Assembly: GCA_963827655.1 (NCBI GenBank)
Contig: CAWHCF010000010.1
Coordinates: 128,001-192,000 of the forward strand
Source: an uncultured Acidobacteriota bacterium
GTDB lineage: Bacteria; Acidobacteriota; UBA6911
DNA length: 64,000 bases
Direction of reading: 5' to 3'
Shown here: positions 1 to 10,100 of the stretch, piece by piece
Layout of the letters: every line of letters begins with the position of its first letter
Numbering within the stretch: the first letter of the stretch is position 1
Translations under genes and position numbers: made by a program
The notes under the pieces: model-generated
Told to the model about the DNA's origin: nothing
Databases searched by the model: none
What the model saw: only the letters and a program-made list of their open reading frames with translations

Positions 1-992
1 AATTCCCTTGAAAGAACGCAGTCGGAACCGGAGTCGAATTGTAGATTCTCTCCTGCCGGATCCGGGTGCCCTCGTAACTGGTAAAGAAGAAGGTCTTGTC
101 TCTGATGATCGGGCCGCCAATGCTGTAGCCGAATTGATTTCGAATAAGCTTCGGCTTGCTGGCGCCCGGTGATTTGGCGAACGTATTGAATGCGTCCAGC
201 TTGTGGTTTCGGTGAAACTCCCACAATGTGCCATGAAACGCATTCGAGCCTGACCTGGTTACCGACAGTACCTGAAGCGCGTTCCGGCCATGTTCGGCGC
301 TGAAATTGGCCGTCTCGACGTTGAACTCGGCGATCGTGTCTACATTCGGGATCCCGAATCCGCCTTCATCCATTCCAGCATTTGCGTTCAGCCCATCGAC
401 CTGGAATTCGGTACCGCCTCCATCGCCCGTCCGGTTACCCAGGCCCTGAACCGTGATGCCTCTCTCCGGGCCCCCCTGTCCCAGATACCTCATGCCGGGA
501 ATCAGTCTGACCAGTTCAACCGGATTCCTCCCGTTAAGTGGCAAATCAGCAATCAGTTTCGAGGCGATCGTTGCTTCCACCGATCCTTTTTCAGTCTGAA
601 TAATCTCAGCTTGCGCCTCGATCGTGATCTTTTCCGTAATCGCCCCAACATCCAGAACCGGTGACAGCCGCTTCCGTTCACCCAGAGTCAATTCCACCCT
701 CTCCAGACAGCCACGTCTTGAAGCCCGTAAGCGACGCGGCAACGGAGTAGAATCCTCTCGGCAGAGCCAGCACCTCAAAGTTCCCGCCGGAATCGGTAAC
801 CACCATTTTCTTCAAGTTGGTGTCAACATTCGTCACGGTCACTTCCGCTCCGGCGATGACGGCGCCCGATGAGTCTTTGACGACGCCCAGTATGGCGCCT
901 TCGGTTCCGACCTGGGCTAGCAGCGTGGAATTGGCCGCGAAAACCAGCAGCGATACTCCTAATCCCAATCGCAGAACTAACTGCTTTCTCAT
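1..992 (-). CDS. TonB-dependent receptor with N-terminal carboxypeptidase-regulatory-like domain (5' part, runs off window; +1 indel near 705)
   Basis: ATG 992 after GAGGAG; signal peptide MRKQLVLRLGLGVSLLVFA..AQ; GAILGVVKDSSGAVIAGAEVTVTN. Removing one base near 705 continues into LERVELTLGE...DLPLNGRNPVELVRLIPG...NQFGYSIGGPIIRDKTFFFTSYEGTR. Confidence 0.88.
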
Positions 993-1303
993 GCAAGTCT
1001 CCTCGCTCAGTTCATTCAACCGGGTCCACTCGAGCCATTTGTGGACAGCCGCCCCTCGACTGTTGAATGGGTAGATGTCTCCCATGCAGTCTTTGCCAGA
1101 ACGTCCTCCGTATAAATCGTCTGATTATTGGAGTCAAGCGCAAATTCAAAGTTCGTCCAGAATGTCTCCTGTAGAACTCGAATCCGACAGGGGTGATCAG
1201 GGGTGCGGAAGCACCCCTGGAGTTTGGCCATTTCACGGGTCGACCTTGGAGTGCGGTAGCTTGCTCTGAACCTTACACGCATCTCGATCGGTCTTGGGGA
1301 TTT

Positions 1304-1514
1304 CGCCCCAGAGGGGCGACGGCAAATTAGCCCCGGGCAAGCGAAGCGCAGTCCGGGGTTTGCGGGATTATAAGTCCAAGGCGCCCTGGAGGGGCGCAGG
1401 AGCATTGAGGGCAAGCGTCCAGCGCCCCTCGCACGGGCGCGTCTCTTTGCTGGTGTAGCCCGGGCGGCAGCGCTTCGCCTGGCCCGGCTTAATTTCCTTC
1501 GCCCTGTTCAGGGC
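1304..1514. repeat. REP/REPIN-like element: degenerate ~95-bp inverted arms built from small palindromes
   Basis: Left arm GCCCCAGAGGGGCGACGGCAAATTAGCCCCGGGCAAGCGAAGCGCAGTCCGGGG..GCGCCCTGGAGGGGCGC resembles the reverse complement of the right arm GCCCTGAACAGGGCGAAGGAAATTAAGCCGGGCCAGGCGAAGCGCTGCCGCCCGGG..GCGCCCGTGCGAGGGGCGC. Confidence 0.65.
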
Positions 1515-1754
1515 AAAGGCGGCCCTGGAGTCCCGCGCCGACAGCTTTGTCACATGCGGCTCCTGCTCGCTAACCGCCGCGCTGCACGCGGATGCCGAAC
1601 CGGAAACTCACGCAAATTTCGCAACCTGGGGCGCTTCCCACATGGTAAAGTCCACCGTACTTGAGCGGGCGGTGGTGAACCTGCCCGGCGCGACAGATAA
1701 CTTCCCGGAGCTGAACGCCGGGCGCGAGTTCGGTCGCTCGTCCCCATTCTTTCC

Positions 1755-3803
1755 ATGTTTCTCGGAGATTATCGTACGGCTTTGAGAGGAAACCGCAAAA
1801 ACGGCTCGGCACTTCGATTGCTTCTAGTTGCCGCCTGCCTGTTTGCCGCTCTGGCGGCGCCGGCCGCCGAGAAGCCCTGGACAGTCGATGCGCTGATGCG
1901 CATCAAGACAGTGGCCGATCCCCAGATCAGTCCGGATGGGGCCCGAATCGCCTACGTGGTGCGCTCGGCAAACTTTGAGCGGAACGCGTACGACTCGGAA
2001 ATCTGGATAGCGCCGGCCGACGGAGGCAGGCCACAGCGGATTACCCAGCCTCACACCTCCGACGACCTGCCACGCTGGTCGCGCGACGGTCGCCTCGCCT
2101 TCGTCTCGCGCCGTAACGGCGCGGCCCAGATCTACATCCTCCAAAAAAACGGGGGCGTACGCCAACTGACGAGTTCGCCGACGGCCGTGACCTCCTTCAA
2201 ATGGTCGCCAGACAGCAGCAGCATTGCGTACATGGCCGTCGATCCGATCCCGGCGGACGAGCAGGCGCTTCAGCGCCGCGGCAGCGATCCGGTGGTTGCG
2301 GACCGGGTCTACCGCTACACGCGCATCTATGTGACTCGCGTGACGGACCTGCCCGCTGGACCGGCGCGGCTGCTGACGCGCGCGGATCGGCACGTCCTCT
2401 CGTTCGATTGGTCCCCGGACGGCGCCAGGATCGTCTACGCCGGGCAGGCTACACCGAGGAATCGGGACGCCTTCAACGTGGACCTGCATGAGATCGAGGT
2501 GGCGACGGGCCGCGACAGCGCGCTCGTGGAGCAGCCGGGCCGCGACGGCAACCCGAGCTATTCGCCGGACGGGCGCCTGGTTGCCTTCCACTCTCAGGCC
2601 GGTACAAACAACTACTTCGAGGCTCGTCACATAGGCATCGCTCGCTCCGGAGGGAGCGCCGTCCGGTATGTAACCGAGAAGCTCGATATCGACGTCTTTC
2701 GCGGCGGCAACGAGTTTTCGTGGTCCGGCGATGGGCGCCAGCTCATTTTCGGCGGAGGCAAGGGTACGCACGATGAACTGGTCGCTCTGGATTTGGAGGC
2801 GCTCACGTTGACGCGCCTGGTCACGGCGGTGGCCGGACCGTCAAGCTTCAGCGCGAGTGGCGACGGGCAGCGCATCGCGTTTCTGCGCGCGAGTCCCACG
2901 GCCCCGCCGGAGGTTTGGCTTCTCGACCGGCGGCACGTAAAGCCCGAAGAGCGTCAGATCTCGCGCGTGAACCCGCAGATCTCAGAATACTCGAGTTTCC
3001 AAACCCGGACCCTGGGCTGGAAGTCGAAGGACGGCCTCCAGATCGAGGGAGTTCTCCGACTCCCGGTCGGATACGGATCCGGGGCGCGCGTACCATTGCT
3101 GGTCGAGCTTCACGGCGGTCCCACCGGTGTGGCGCTCGAGGATTACCCCGTTCCCCGGACCTATCCGACCCAGCTCTACCTCCAGGCCGGTTTCGCCGTG
3201 CTGGCTCCGAACTTCCGGGGCAGCTCGAACTATGGCGCGTCCCTGCGTCTTGCCAACATCAAGTCGCAGGGTTTCGGAGACATGGACGATGTAATGGCCG
3301 GGATCGATCACCTCGTCGCGCAGGGCATCGCCGATCCGGACCGCCTGGGTGTCATGGGCTGGAGCTATGGGGGATTCCTCAGCATCTGGATCGTGAGTCA
3401 CTCGCAGCGGTTCAAGGCAGCTTCGATTGGCGCCCCGACGACCGATTGGATCTCATGGTATGGCGAGAGCGACGGCGCGAAAGAAGTTCTTTGGACCTAC
3501 TTCGGGGGCAAGCCGTGGGACAACTGGCAGACCTACAACCGGCATTCACCCCGCTACTCGCTCATCGACGTGAAGACACCGTCACTGCTGCTCCATGGCG
3601 AGAAGGACATCGACAGCACACCGGAAATCTTCTACGCGCTGACGGACCTTCAGGTGCCGGTGGAGTTCGTCACCTATCCGCGCGAGGGGCACGGCATCGG
3701 GGAGCCTTGGCACCAGCGCGACCTGCTCGAGCGGAACCTGGGCTGGTTCCAGCGCTGGATGGGGGGGGCCGATCCCCTCTTTCGACGATCCTCAGGAAAA
3801 TGA
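1755..3803 (+). CDS. S9 family (dipeptidyl/acylaminoacyl) peptidase, secreted, with beta-propeller (PD40) repeats
   Basis: Signal peptide; repeated WSPDG motifs; LHGGP; nucleophile motif GWSYGG; LLLHGEKD; YPREGH. Confidence 0.93.
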   Translation: MFLGDYRTALRGNRKNGSALRLLLVAACLFAALAAPAAEKPWTVDALMRIKTVADPQISPDGARIAYVVRSANFERNAYDSEIWIAPADGGRPQRITQPHTSDDLPRWSRDGRLAFVSRRNGAAQIYILQKNGGVRQLTSSPTAVTSFKWSPDSSSIAYMAVDPIPADEQALQRRGSDPVVADRVYRYTRIYVTRVTDLPAGPARLLTRADRHVLSFDWSPDGARIVYAGQATPRNRDAFNVDLHEIEVATGRDSALVEQPGRDGNPSYSPDGRLVAFHSQAGTNNYFEARHIGIARSGGSAVRYVTEKLDIDVFRGGNEFSWSGDGRQLIFGGGKGTHDELVALDLEALTLTRLVTAVAGPSSFSASGDGQRIAFLRASPTAPPEVWLLDRRHVKPEERQISRVNPQISEYSSFQTRTLGWKSKDGLQIEGVLRLPVGYGSGARVPLLVELHGGPTGVALEDYPVPRTYPTQLYLQAGFAVLAPNFRGSSNYGASLRLANIKSQGFGDMDDVMAGIDHLVAQGIADPDRLGVMGWSYGGFLSIWIVSHSQRFKAASIGAPTTDWISWYGESDGAKEVLWTYFGGKPWDNWQTYNRHSPRYSLIDVKTPSLLLHGEKDIDSTPEIFYALTDLQVPVEFVTYPREGHGIGEPWHQRDLLERNLGWFQRWMGGADPLFRRSSGK

Positions 3804-3970
3804 GGCTGAAAGTTGACCGAATTCCGCCAGTCTCTCCAAGCTCCTGTTCCTGTTTCTTCGACGCTCTAACCACGAAGACGCCAAGACCTGAGAAATTGAA
3901 TCGAAGTTGACCCGCCCACGCCTGCTGAATTACAGTCGAGACTACTGATCCGTACAACGGAGGTAACTGA

Positions 3971-5237
3971 ATGCCTAGCCGAAGGGAATTCGCGCGCTTG
4001 TTTGCCGCCGGAGGTTCGGCGGCGCTTTTCTTGCACCCAGCCTTTGCCGACAAGACCAAACCGTTCGTCCCGTCGCCCGTCGTCAACGAGGGTTTCTGGA
4101 AAACGGTGCGGGAGCAGTTTCTCATGCCGCCGGGCATCGCGGTGCTGAACGCCGCGAACCTCTGCCCGTCGCCCGCGCCTGTGCTCGAAGCCATGTACAA
4201 GACCACGCGCGAGCTCGACCGCGAGCCTTCGTCGTCCTATCGAGCGGGCTTGCTCGACGTCAAGGAAGCCACGCGGCGCAAGCTGGCCGATTTCCTTCGG
4301 GCCAGTCCTGATGAGATCGTGATCACGCGCAACACCAGCGAATCGAACAACCTGGTCTCGAGCGGTCTCGACCTCAAGGCCGGCGACGAAGTCGTCGTGT
4401 TTTCCGACAACCACCCGAGCAACAAGACGGCCTGGCAGGAGAAAGGCAAGCGTTTCGGTTACTCCGTGCGAACCATCGACATCGTCAACCCGCATCCGGG
4501 CGCCGACTATTACCTCGAAGCTGCGGCACGGCAGCTCGGCCCGCGCACCAAGGTGCTCGCGTTCAGCCATCTCACCAATACCGTCGGAGACCTGTTTCCG
4601 GCGCGCGAGCTCTGCCGGCTGGCGCGCGAGCGCGAGGTCTTGACCCTCATCGATGGAGCCCAGTCGTTCGGGTTACTGGATGTCGACCTTAGTGATATTC
4701 AACCCGACTTTTATACCGGGAGCGCCCACAAGTGGCCCTGCGGACCCAAAGAGGCAGGTGTGCTCTACATCAACAAGCGATCGCACTCGGAAGATCTGGC
4801 CCAGCATTTACAGCGCGTTTCCGGGAGCCACCGGAATATCCAAGAGCTTCGAGTGTTTCGGGCAGCGTGATGACGGAGCTATGGCCGCTTTCGGCGCTGC
4901 GATTGACTTTCAGGTCAAAGTGGGCCGCAAGAACATCGAGGATCGGGCGCGGCAGATCGGCCAGGCGTTCGTGCAGGAGCTGGGAAAAATCAGCGACGTG
5001 AAGCTCTGGACCCACGCCGATCCCCAGCGCACGGGGCCGGTCGTGACGTTTCGACCGGGCGAGCTGAAATCCGAGAAGCTGGCCCAGGTCTTGTTCGAAA
5101 AGGAAGGTGTCATCTGCGCAGTCCGCGGAGGGAGCGATCGTCCCGGCATCCGCTTCTCCCCGCACTTCTACAACTCGCATCGGGAAGTCGAACGCGTAGC
5201 CGCCGCTATCCGCCGATACATGGCCTCCGGGTTGTAA
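3971..5237 (+). CDS. Class V aminotransferase / cysteine-desulfurase-like PLP enzyme with Tat signal (+1 indel near 4790)
   Basis: SRREF Tat motif; ITRNTSES; IDGAQSFG; GSAHKWPCGP (PLP lysine). C-terminus IRFSPHFYNS lies in the next frame (4653-5237). Confidence 0.88.
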
Positions 5238-5342
5238 TATCGCACGCCGGTTCAGCAAGCTGCCCGCCTTTGACGTAGCCGTCCGTCTGAGTCTAGAAAG
5301 AGGACCTCGAGCCCTATTACTTATCGACCAGGGGGGACAACG

Positions 5343-5534
5343 GTGAAATCAAAACCCAGACAACAGTCGCAAAACGATGAGGTTTTTTTTGAAGGTGTGG
5401 ACGCTGCTTTACGCAGAGCCGCGAAACGTGCCCGGGAAGTGGCGATCCGGACCGGCACACCCCTGGTGATTTACCGGAACGGAAAGATCGAAAAGCTCAA
5501 GATGGCACGCGGCGGGAAATCGAAATCAGTCTAA
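5343..5534 (+). CDS. Small basic protein resembling the partner (putative antitoxin) of zeta-like P-loop ATPases
   Basis: DAALRRAAKRAREVAIRTGTPLVIYRNGKI pattern recalled from such partner proteins; GTG start after a G-rich RBS. Confidence 0.55.
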   Translation: MKSKPRQQSQNDEVFFEGVDAALRRAAKRAREVAIRTGTPLVIYRNGKIEKLKMARGGKSKSV

Positions 5535-5694
5535 TTTTGGAGCAGGCACGAGCCAGATTCCAAAACGGCGTTCTCACTGCCCCGCCCGACGGCTCGATCG
5601 AATCATGAGGGCTAGCAATGCCGCGAAGTAAGGTCCCCGAACGGTCACTCCAGCAGCACATCACGGGAATCAACAATTGCTTCGGAGGCACGTA

Positions 5695-6093
5695 ATGACA
5701 GACTCGCAAGTCGAGAAGGAAATAGATAGCGTGGAACAGGAATTGATAGATGCGGCGAGACGGCAGGACGCCGCTGCCCTGGACCGCATCGTCGCTGACG
5801 ACTTCTTGATTACGAGTGACACCATGGCAGACAAACTCGGAGATAAAAAGCTATACCTTGCGGAATGTCTGGCCTCTGGAACCATCGAGGGGGGGTCTGC
5901 CAGCTACGACAAGGTGAAAGTGCGAGTGTACGGAAATACCGCCATCGTGAATTCAATATTCAAGTATCAAGTTACCATTGCAGGCGAGGAACATGGCGGT
6001 GTATTTCTCTCGACAAAAGTATGGGTAAAGAATGGCGAACAGTGGCAATTTGTCGCTTGTCATTCACATCGATTGCCAGAGGCAGCTTTGTGA
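5695..6093 (+). CDS. Nuclear transport factor 2 / DUF4440 family protein
   Basis: GGAGG RBS; DAAALDRIVADDF, VRVYGNTAIV, TKVWVKNGEQWQFVACH. Confidence 0.85.
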   Translation: MTDSQVEKEIDSVEQELIDAARRQDAAALDRIVADDFLITSDTMADKLGDKKLYLAECLASGTIEGGSASYDKVKVRVYGNTAIVNSIFKYQVTIAGEEHGGVFLSTKVWVKNGEQWQFVACHSHRLPEAAL

Positions 6094-6179
6094 ACTGCTT
6101 TGGGGAGTTGAAGGCATCCTTCCAGGCTTGTAAGGATTGACGCGCAAGAGCCCACCAGCGAGGCAAAGCTTCGAAGACG

Positions 6180-6248
6180 TTAAACGCGATACTTGGCCAG
6201 CGTCTTGTCATTCAGGGTGATGCCGAAGCCCGGACGCTGGGAGAGAAG
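6180..6248 (-). pseudogene. 3' remnant resembling a mandelate racemase/enolase-superfamily C-terminus
   Basis: Reads LLSQRPGFGITLNDKTLAKYRV* with an in-frame stop just upstream. Confidence 0.4.
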
Positions 6249-6276
6249 ACGTCAGAGAAAGATCATCGGATTAAGC

Positions 6277-6310
6277 CTAGATCCTGAATCCTAGATCCTG
6301 AATCCTGATC
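6277..6310 (+). repeat. Heptamer tandem repeat (ATCCTAG/ATCCTGA)
   Basis: cctagatcctgaatcctagatcctgaatcctgatc seen directly. Confidence 0.75.
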
Positions 6311-6347
6311 TTGATTAAGCCCGATCCCGTCCGTTAAGATCATCGCT

Positions 6348-7027
6348 ATGCGGGCACTTTTGAAGCGCTTCTTGACGTGGTTGGGCGGGATCCTGCCGGA
6401 ATCCCTGGTCTGGAAACTGCACATGGCCGGCAAACATGTTCACACCGGCTGGTGGATGAAGGACCATGACTTCTCCTGTGACGTGAGAGTGCGTCATCGA
6501 GAACAGGTGATCGAGGCGATGGCGCGGCCCATCGCCGACAAGCAGGTTCTGTACCTCGAATTCGGCGTTTTCCACGGCGGCTCCATGCGCCAGTGGGTCA
6601 AGTGGCTTAAAAACCCAAAGTCAAAACTTCGCGGGTTCGACAGCTTCGAGGGGATCCCCGAAAACTGGAGCGGCTGTGATCAAAAAAAGGAGAACTGACC
6701 ACGGGTGGCGTCATGCCGAACATCCCGGACGAAAGGGTCCGGTTTATCAAGGGATGGATCGAGGACACGCTGCCAGTCTACAAGATGGAAGAAAACGAAG
6801 TCCTGGTCATTTTTATTGATACCGATCTGTACTCGTCGACCTACTTCGTCCTGAAGCACCTCAAGGATTACTTCAAAGTCGGCACCCTTTTCTACTTTGA
6901 CGAGTTTGCCGTAGTAGAGCACGAGCTGCAGGCGTTCGATAACTTCATCCGCGAGTCGGGCATGAAGTTCGAATTGATTGCGGCCGACTACGGCATGATG
7001 AACGTTGCCTTCAGACGCGTCGGTTGA
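6348..7027 (+). CDS. TylF/MycF-like (macrocin-type) O-methyltransferase, split at an A7 run (6682-6688)
   Basis: YLEFGVFHGGS, GFDSFEGIPE, FIKGWIEDTLP, IFIDTDLYSST, FDEF. One extra A gives CDQKKGELTTGGVMPNIP and joins the two ORFs. Confidence 0.85.
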
Positions 7028-7126
7028 TGCACTCTGAGCCTCGCGTTTGACTCAACTCGAAATCGAGCACTCCTCCCCGGGGATCCGCAGCTTAATCGCC
7101 AAGAGGCGACGACACCAGAGTTTAAG

Positions 7127-10100
7127 ATGAGATCCCGAACTTTCTTGATTCTTTTGCTTGGCATCCATGCTCCGCTCGGGGCGCAGGAGGCCGCGCGCGT
7201 GGAGCTCTTTTCCCCTCAGGGGACGGTCAAGCAGGTGCGCCAGGCGCGGGCGCGCTTTTCAGAGCCCATGGTCCCCTTCGCTGATCCAAGGGCCGCCGCC
7301 CAACCTTTTGTGATTGACTGCGCCGAGAAGGGAACCGGCCGTTGGGTCGACGCCAGAAACTGGGTCTACGACTTTGAAAGGGACCTCCCCGCCGGTGTCC
7401 GGTGCGAGTTCAGGATTCAGGACAGCCTGAGAACCGTTAGCGGCAGGACTCTGGGCGGGGAGCAAAGATTCGCGTTTTCAACGGGCGGACCGGCCATCAT
7501 CGCGTCGTTCCCGCCTGAAGGCTCAGAACGCATTGACGAAGCGCAGATCTTCGTCCTTGAACTCGACGGTGAAGCTACCGAAAGCTCTGTTCTCGCCAGT
7601 GTGCGGTTCGATGTGGAAGGACTGGCCGAGCGCATCGGAGCGCGGATAGTGTCGGGGACCGAGCGCGAGCAGATACTCAAGACCTCCCACTATCGTTACC
7701 GAAAACCGCTTCCCCCGCTCCTTTTAATCCAGGCCCGGCAGCGATTCCCCGCCGGATCTGCAGTCACGCTGATCTGGGGCAAAGGAGTGGCCGCGGCCAG
7801 CGGCGTCGCTACCGAATCGGACCTCACCCGAGCCTTTGTCACACGAACTCCATTCACTGCCAGTCTCAACTGCCCGCGGGAAAATCCCGACGCCGACTGC
7901 ATACCCATAACTCCGGCGCGCCTGACATTCTCCGCGCCGGTCGCGGCCTCCGAAGCCCGGAAGGCAGTGGTAAGGGGCCCGGGGAACCGCCGCTGGCTCG
8001 CCGAGATTGCCGAGTCTGAAAAGGATGATCCGTACGTTCACGCAGTCTTCTTCAAGGGCCCTTTTCCGGAGCGTGCCGCCTTTACGCTCGAGATTCCTGC
8101 GGGCCTCAAGGACGACTCCGGACGAAACCTGACCAATTCGGATAAGTTCCCGCTTTCGTTTCGCACCGATGCCTATCCTTCGCTGGCGAAGTTTGCGGCC
8201 GACTTTGGAATTGTGGAGGCAAAGCCGAGGGCGCTGCTTCCGGTCACGCTCAGGAATGTCGAGCCGTCAGTTTCCGCTCGAGCGTTTGAGGTCCTGGGCG
8301 GGGAAGAGAACACCGATCCACCCGCTCCCGCCCGGCCGGACGAAGACATGGCTGCAAAGTTGAGAGGCAGGATCTTCCGGGTTCCGCCCGACAGGGCCGG
8401 TCAGATGCTCGACTGGATCAAGAAGGTATCCGGCCGCGGCTGGGAGGATCGGGAAAAGTCGGTCTTCGGGCCCGTAACGGCCGCGAAAACCAAGCCGTTC
8501 ACCGTCCCGAAACTCCATGGCCCGAAAGCCTTCGAAGTCGTCGGCATTCCATTGCCGAAGCCCGGGTTTTACGTGGTCGAAATCGAGAGCGGGATCCTTG
8601 GAGCCGCCCTGCTCGGCGCCGCCAAGCCGATGTTCGTGCCCACCGCGGTTCTGGCCACGAACCTCTCGGTCCATTTCAAGTGGGGGCTCGAATCGTCGCT
8701 CGTCTGGGTAACGGCGCTCGACACCGGCAAACCGGTAAGCCAGGCCGCAATCGTGATCCGCGACTGTGGCGGAAAGCCGCTCTGGGAAGGACAATCCGAC
8801 CGGGACGGCATTGCCCGCGTCCAGACGGTTCCTCCGCGCGGCACCTCGCAGCAATGCGGCGATTATCCCCTGGAAGGCGGCCTGCTCGTCAGCGCGCAGC
8901 TCGGGGACGACATGGCTTTCGTCCACACCAGCTGGAACGACGGCATCGAACCGTGGCGTTTTCAGCTTCCGACTGAATACGAGACCAGCCTGGTCGCGGC
9001 ACACACAATCTTTGACCGAACCCTGCTACGTGCCGGCGAGACTGTGCACATGAAGCATATCCTGCGCCGGCATGTCAGTTCCGGCTTTTCAAGAGTGCCT
9101 GAAAATGAACGACCGGGCGCCGTCATCATGACCCATTGGGGGAGCGATCAGAAGTATGAATTCCCCCTTCGATGGGATCCGGCAGGGATCGCCGAGACCG
9201 CCTGGAAAATTCCGAACGAGGCCAGGCTGGGAAACTATCAGGTGACCCTTGCAACCAACGGGCGCGCGGGCCATCACTCCGGGGAATTCCGAGTCGAGGA
9301 GTATCGCGTGCCCCTGATGAAAGGGGCGATTCAGACGCCTTCGCGGATGCTGGTCGCGCCAGCTTCAGTGCCACTCGACCTTACGGTCAGTTACCTGGCA
9401 GGGGGAGCCGCCGGCAATCTTCCCGTGAGGCTGCGCCATGTCGTCCAACCGAGAGCTGCGACGGTCTTCCCGGCGTTTGACGACTTCCATTTCTCGAATG
9501 GAAAACTAAAGGAGGGCCTGATTCGTCACGGGGCGGAGGAGGGAGAGCCTCAAGAACGGAAGCCTTTTGAGCTGAACAGCACCGATCTCACTCTCGACAG
9601 GCAAGGCTCGGCACGGACGGTGATATCAGAACTGCCCGGGCTCGAGAAGCCGATGGAGATTCTGGCCGAACTCGAGTTCCGCGATCCCAATGGCGAGACC
9701 CAGACGGTTTCGTCCCGTATCCCGCTCTACCCCGCTGATCGTCTCGTCGGCATCAAGCCGGCTTCGTGGTTAACTTCCGAGCAGTCGGCGCTCCGGTTCC
9801 AGGTTGCGGTGGTCGATTTGAGCGGCAATCCGATCGCCGGGGCCCCTGTGCGGGTTGATTTATTCGAACGAAAGACATATTCCCATCGGAAACGCCTGGT
9901 CGGAGGATTCTACGCGTTCGAACACGCCACCGAGACGCGACGGGTCGGCGGCCTGTGTGAGGGAAAGACCGACCAGCGCGGGTTGCTCCTCTGTGACAAG
10001 CGGTCGCCCATTTCCGGAAACTTGATTCTCCAGGCCACCACAGCTGACAGCGCCGGCCGCGAAACCACCGCCAACCGCGATATCTGGGTTGCCGGCAAAG

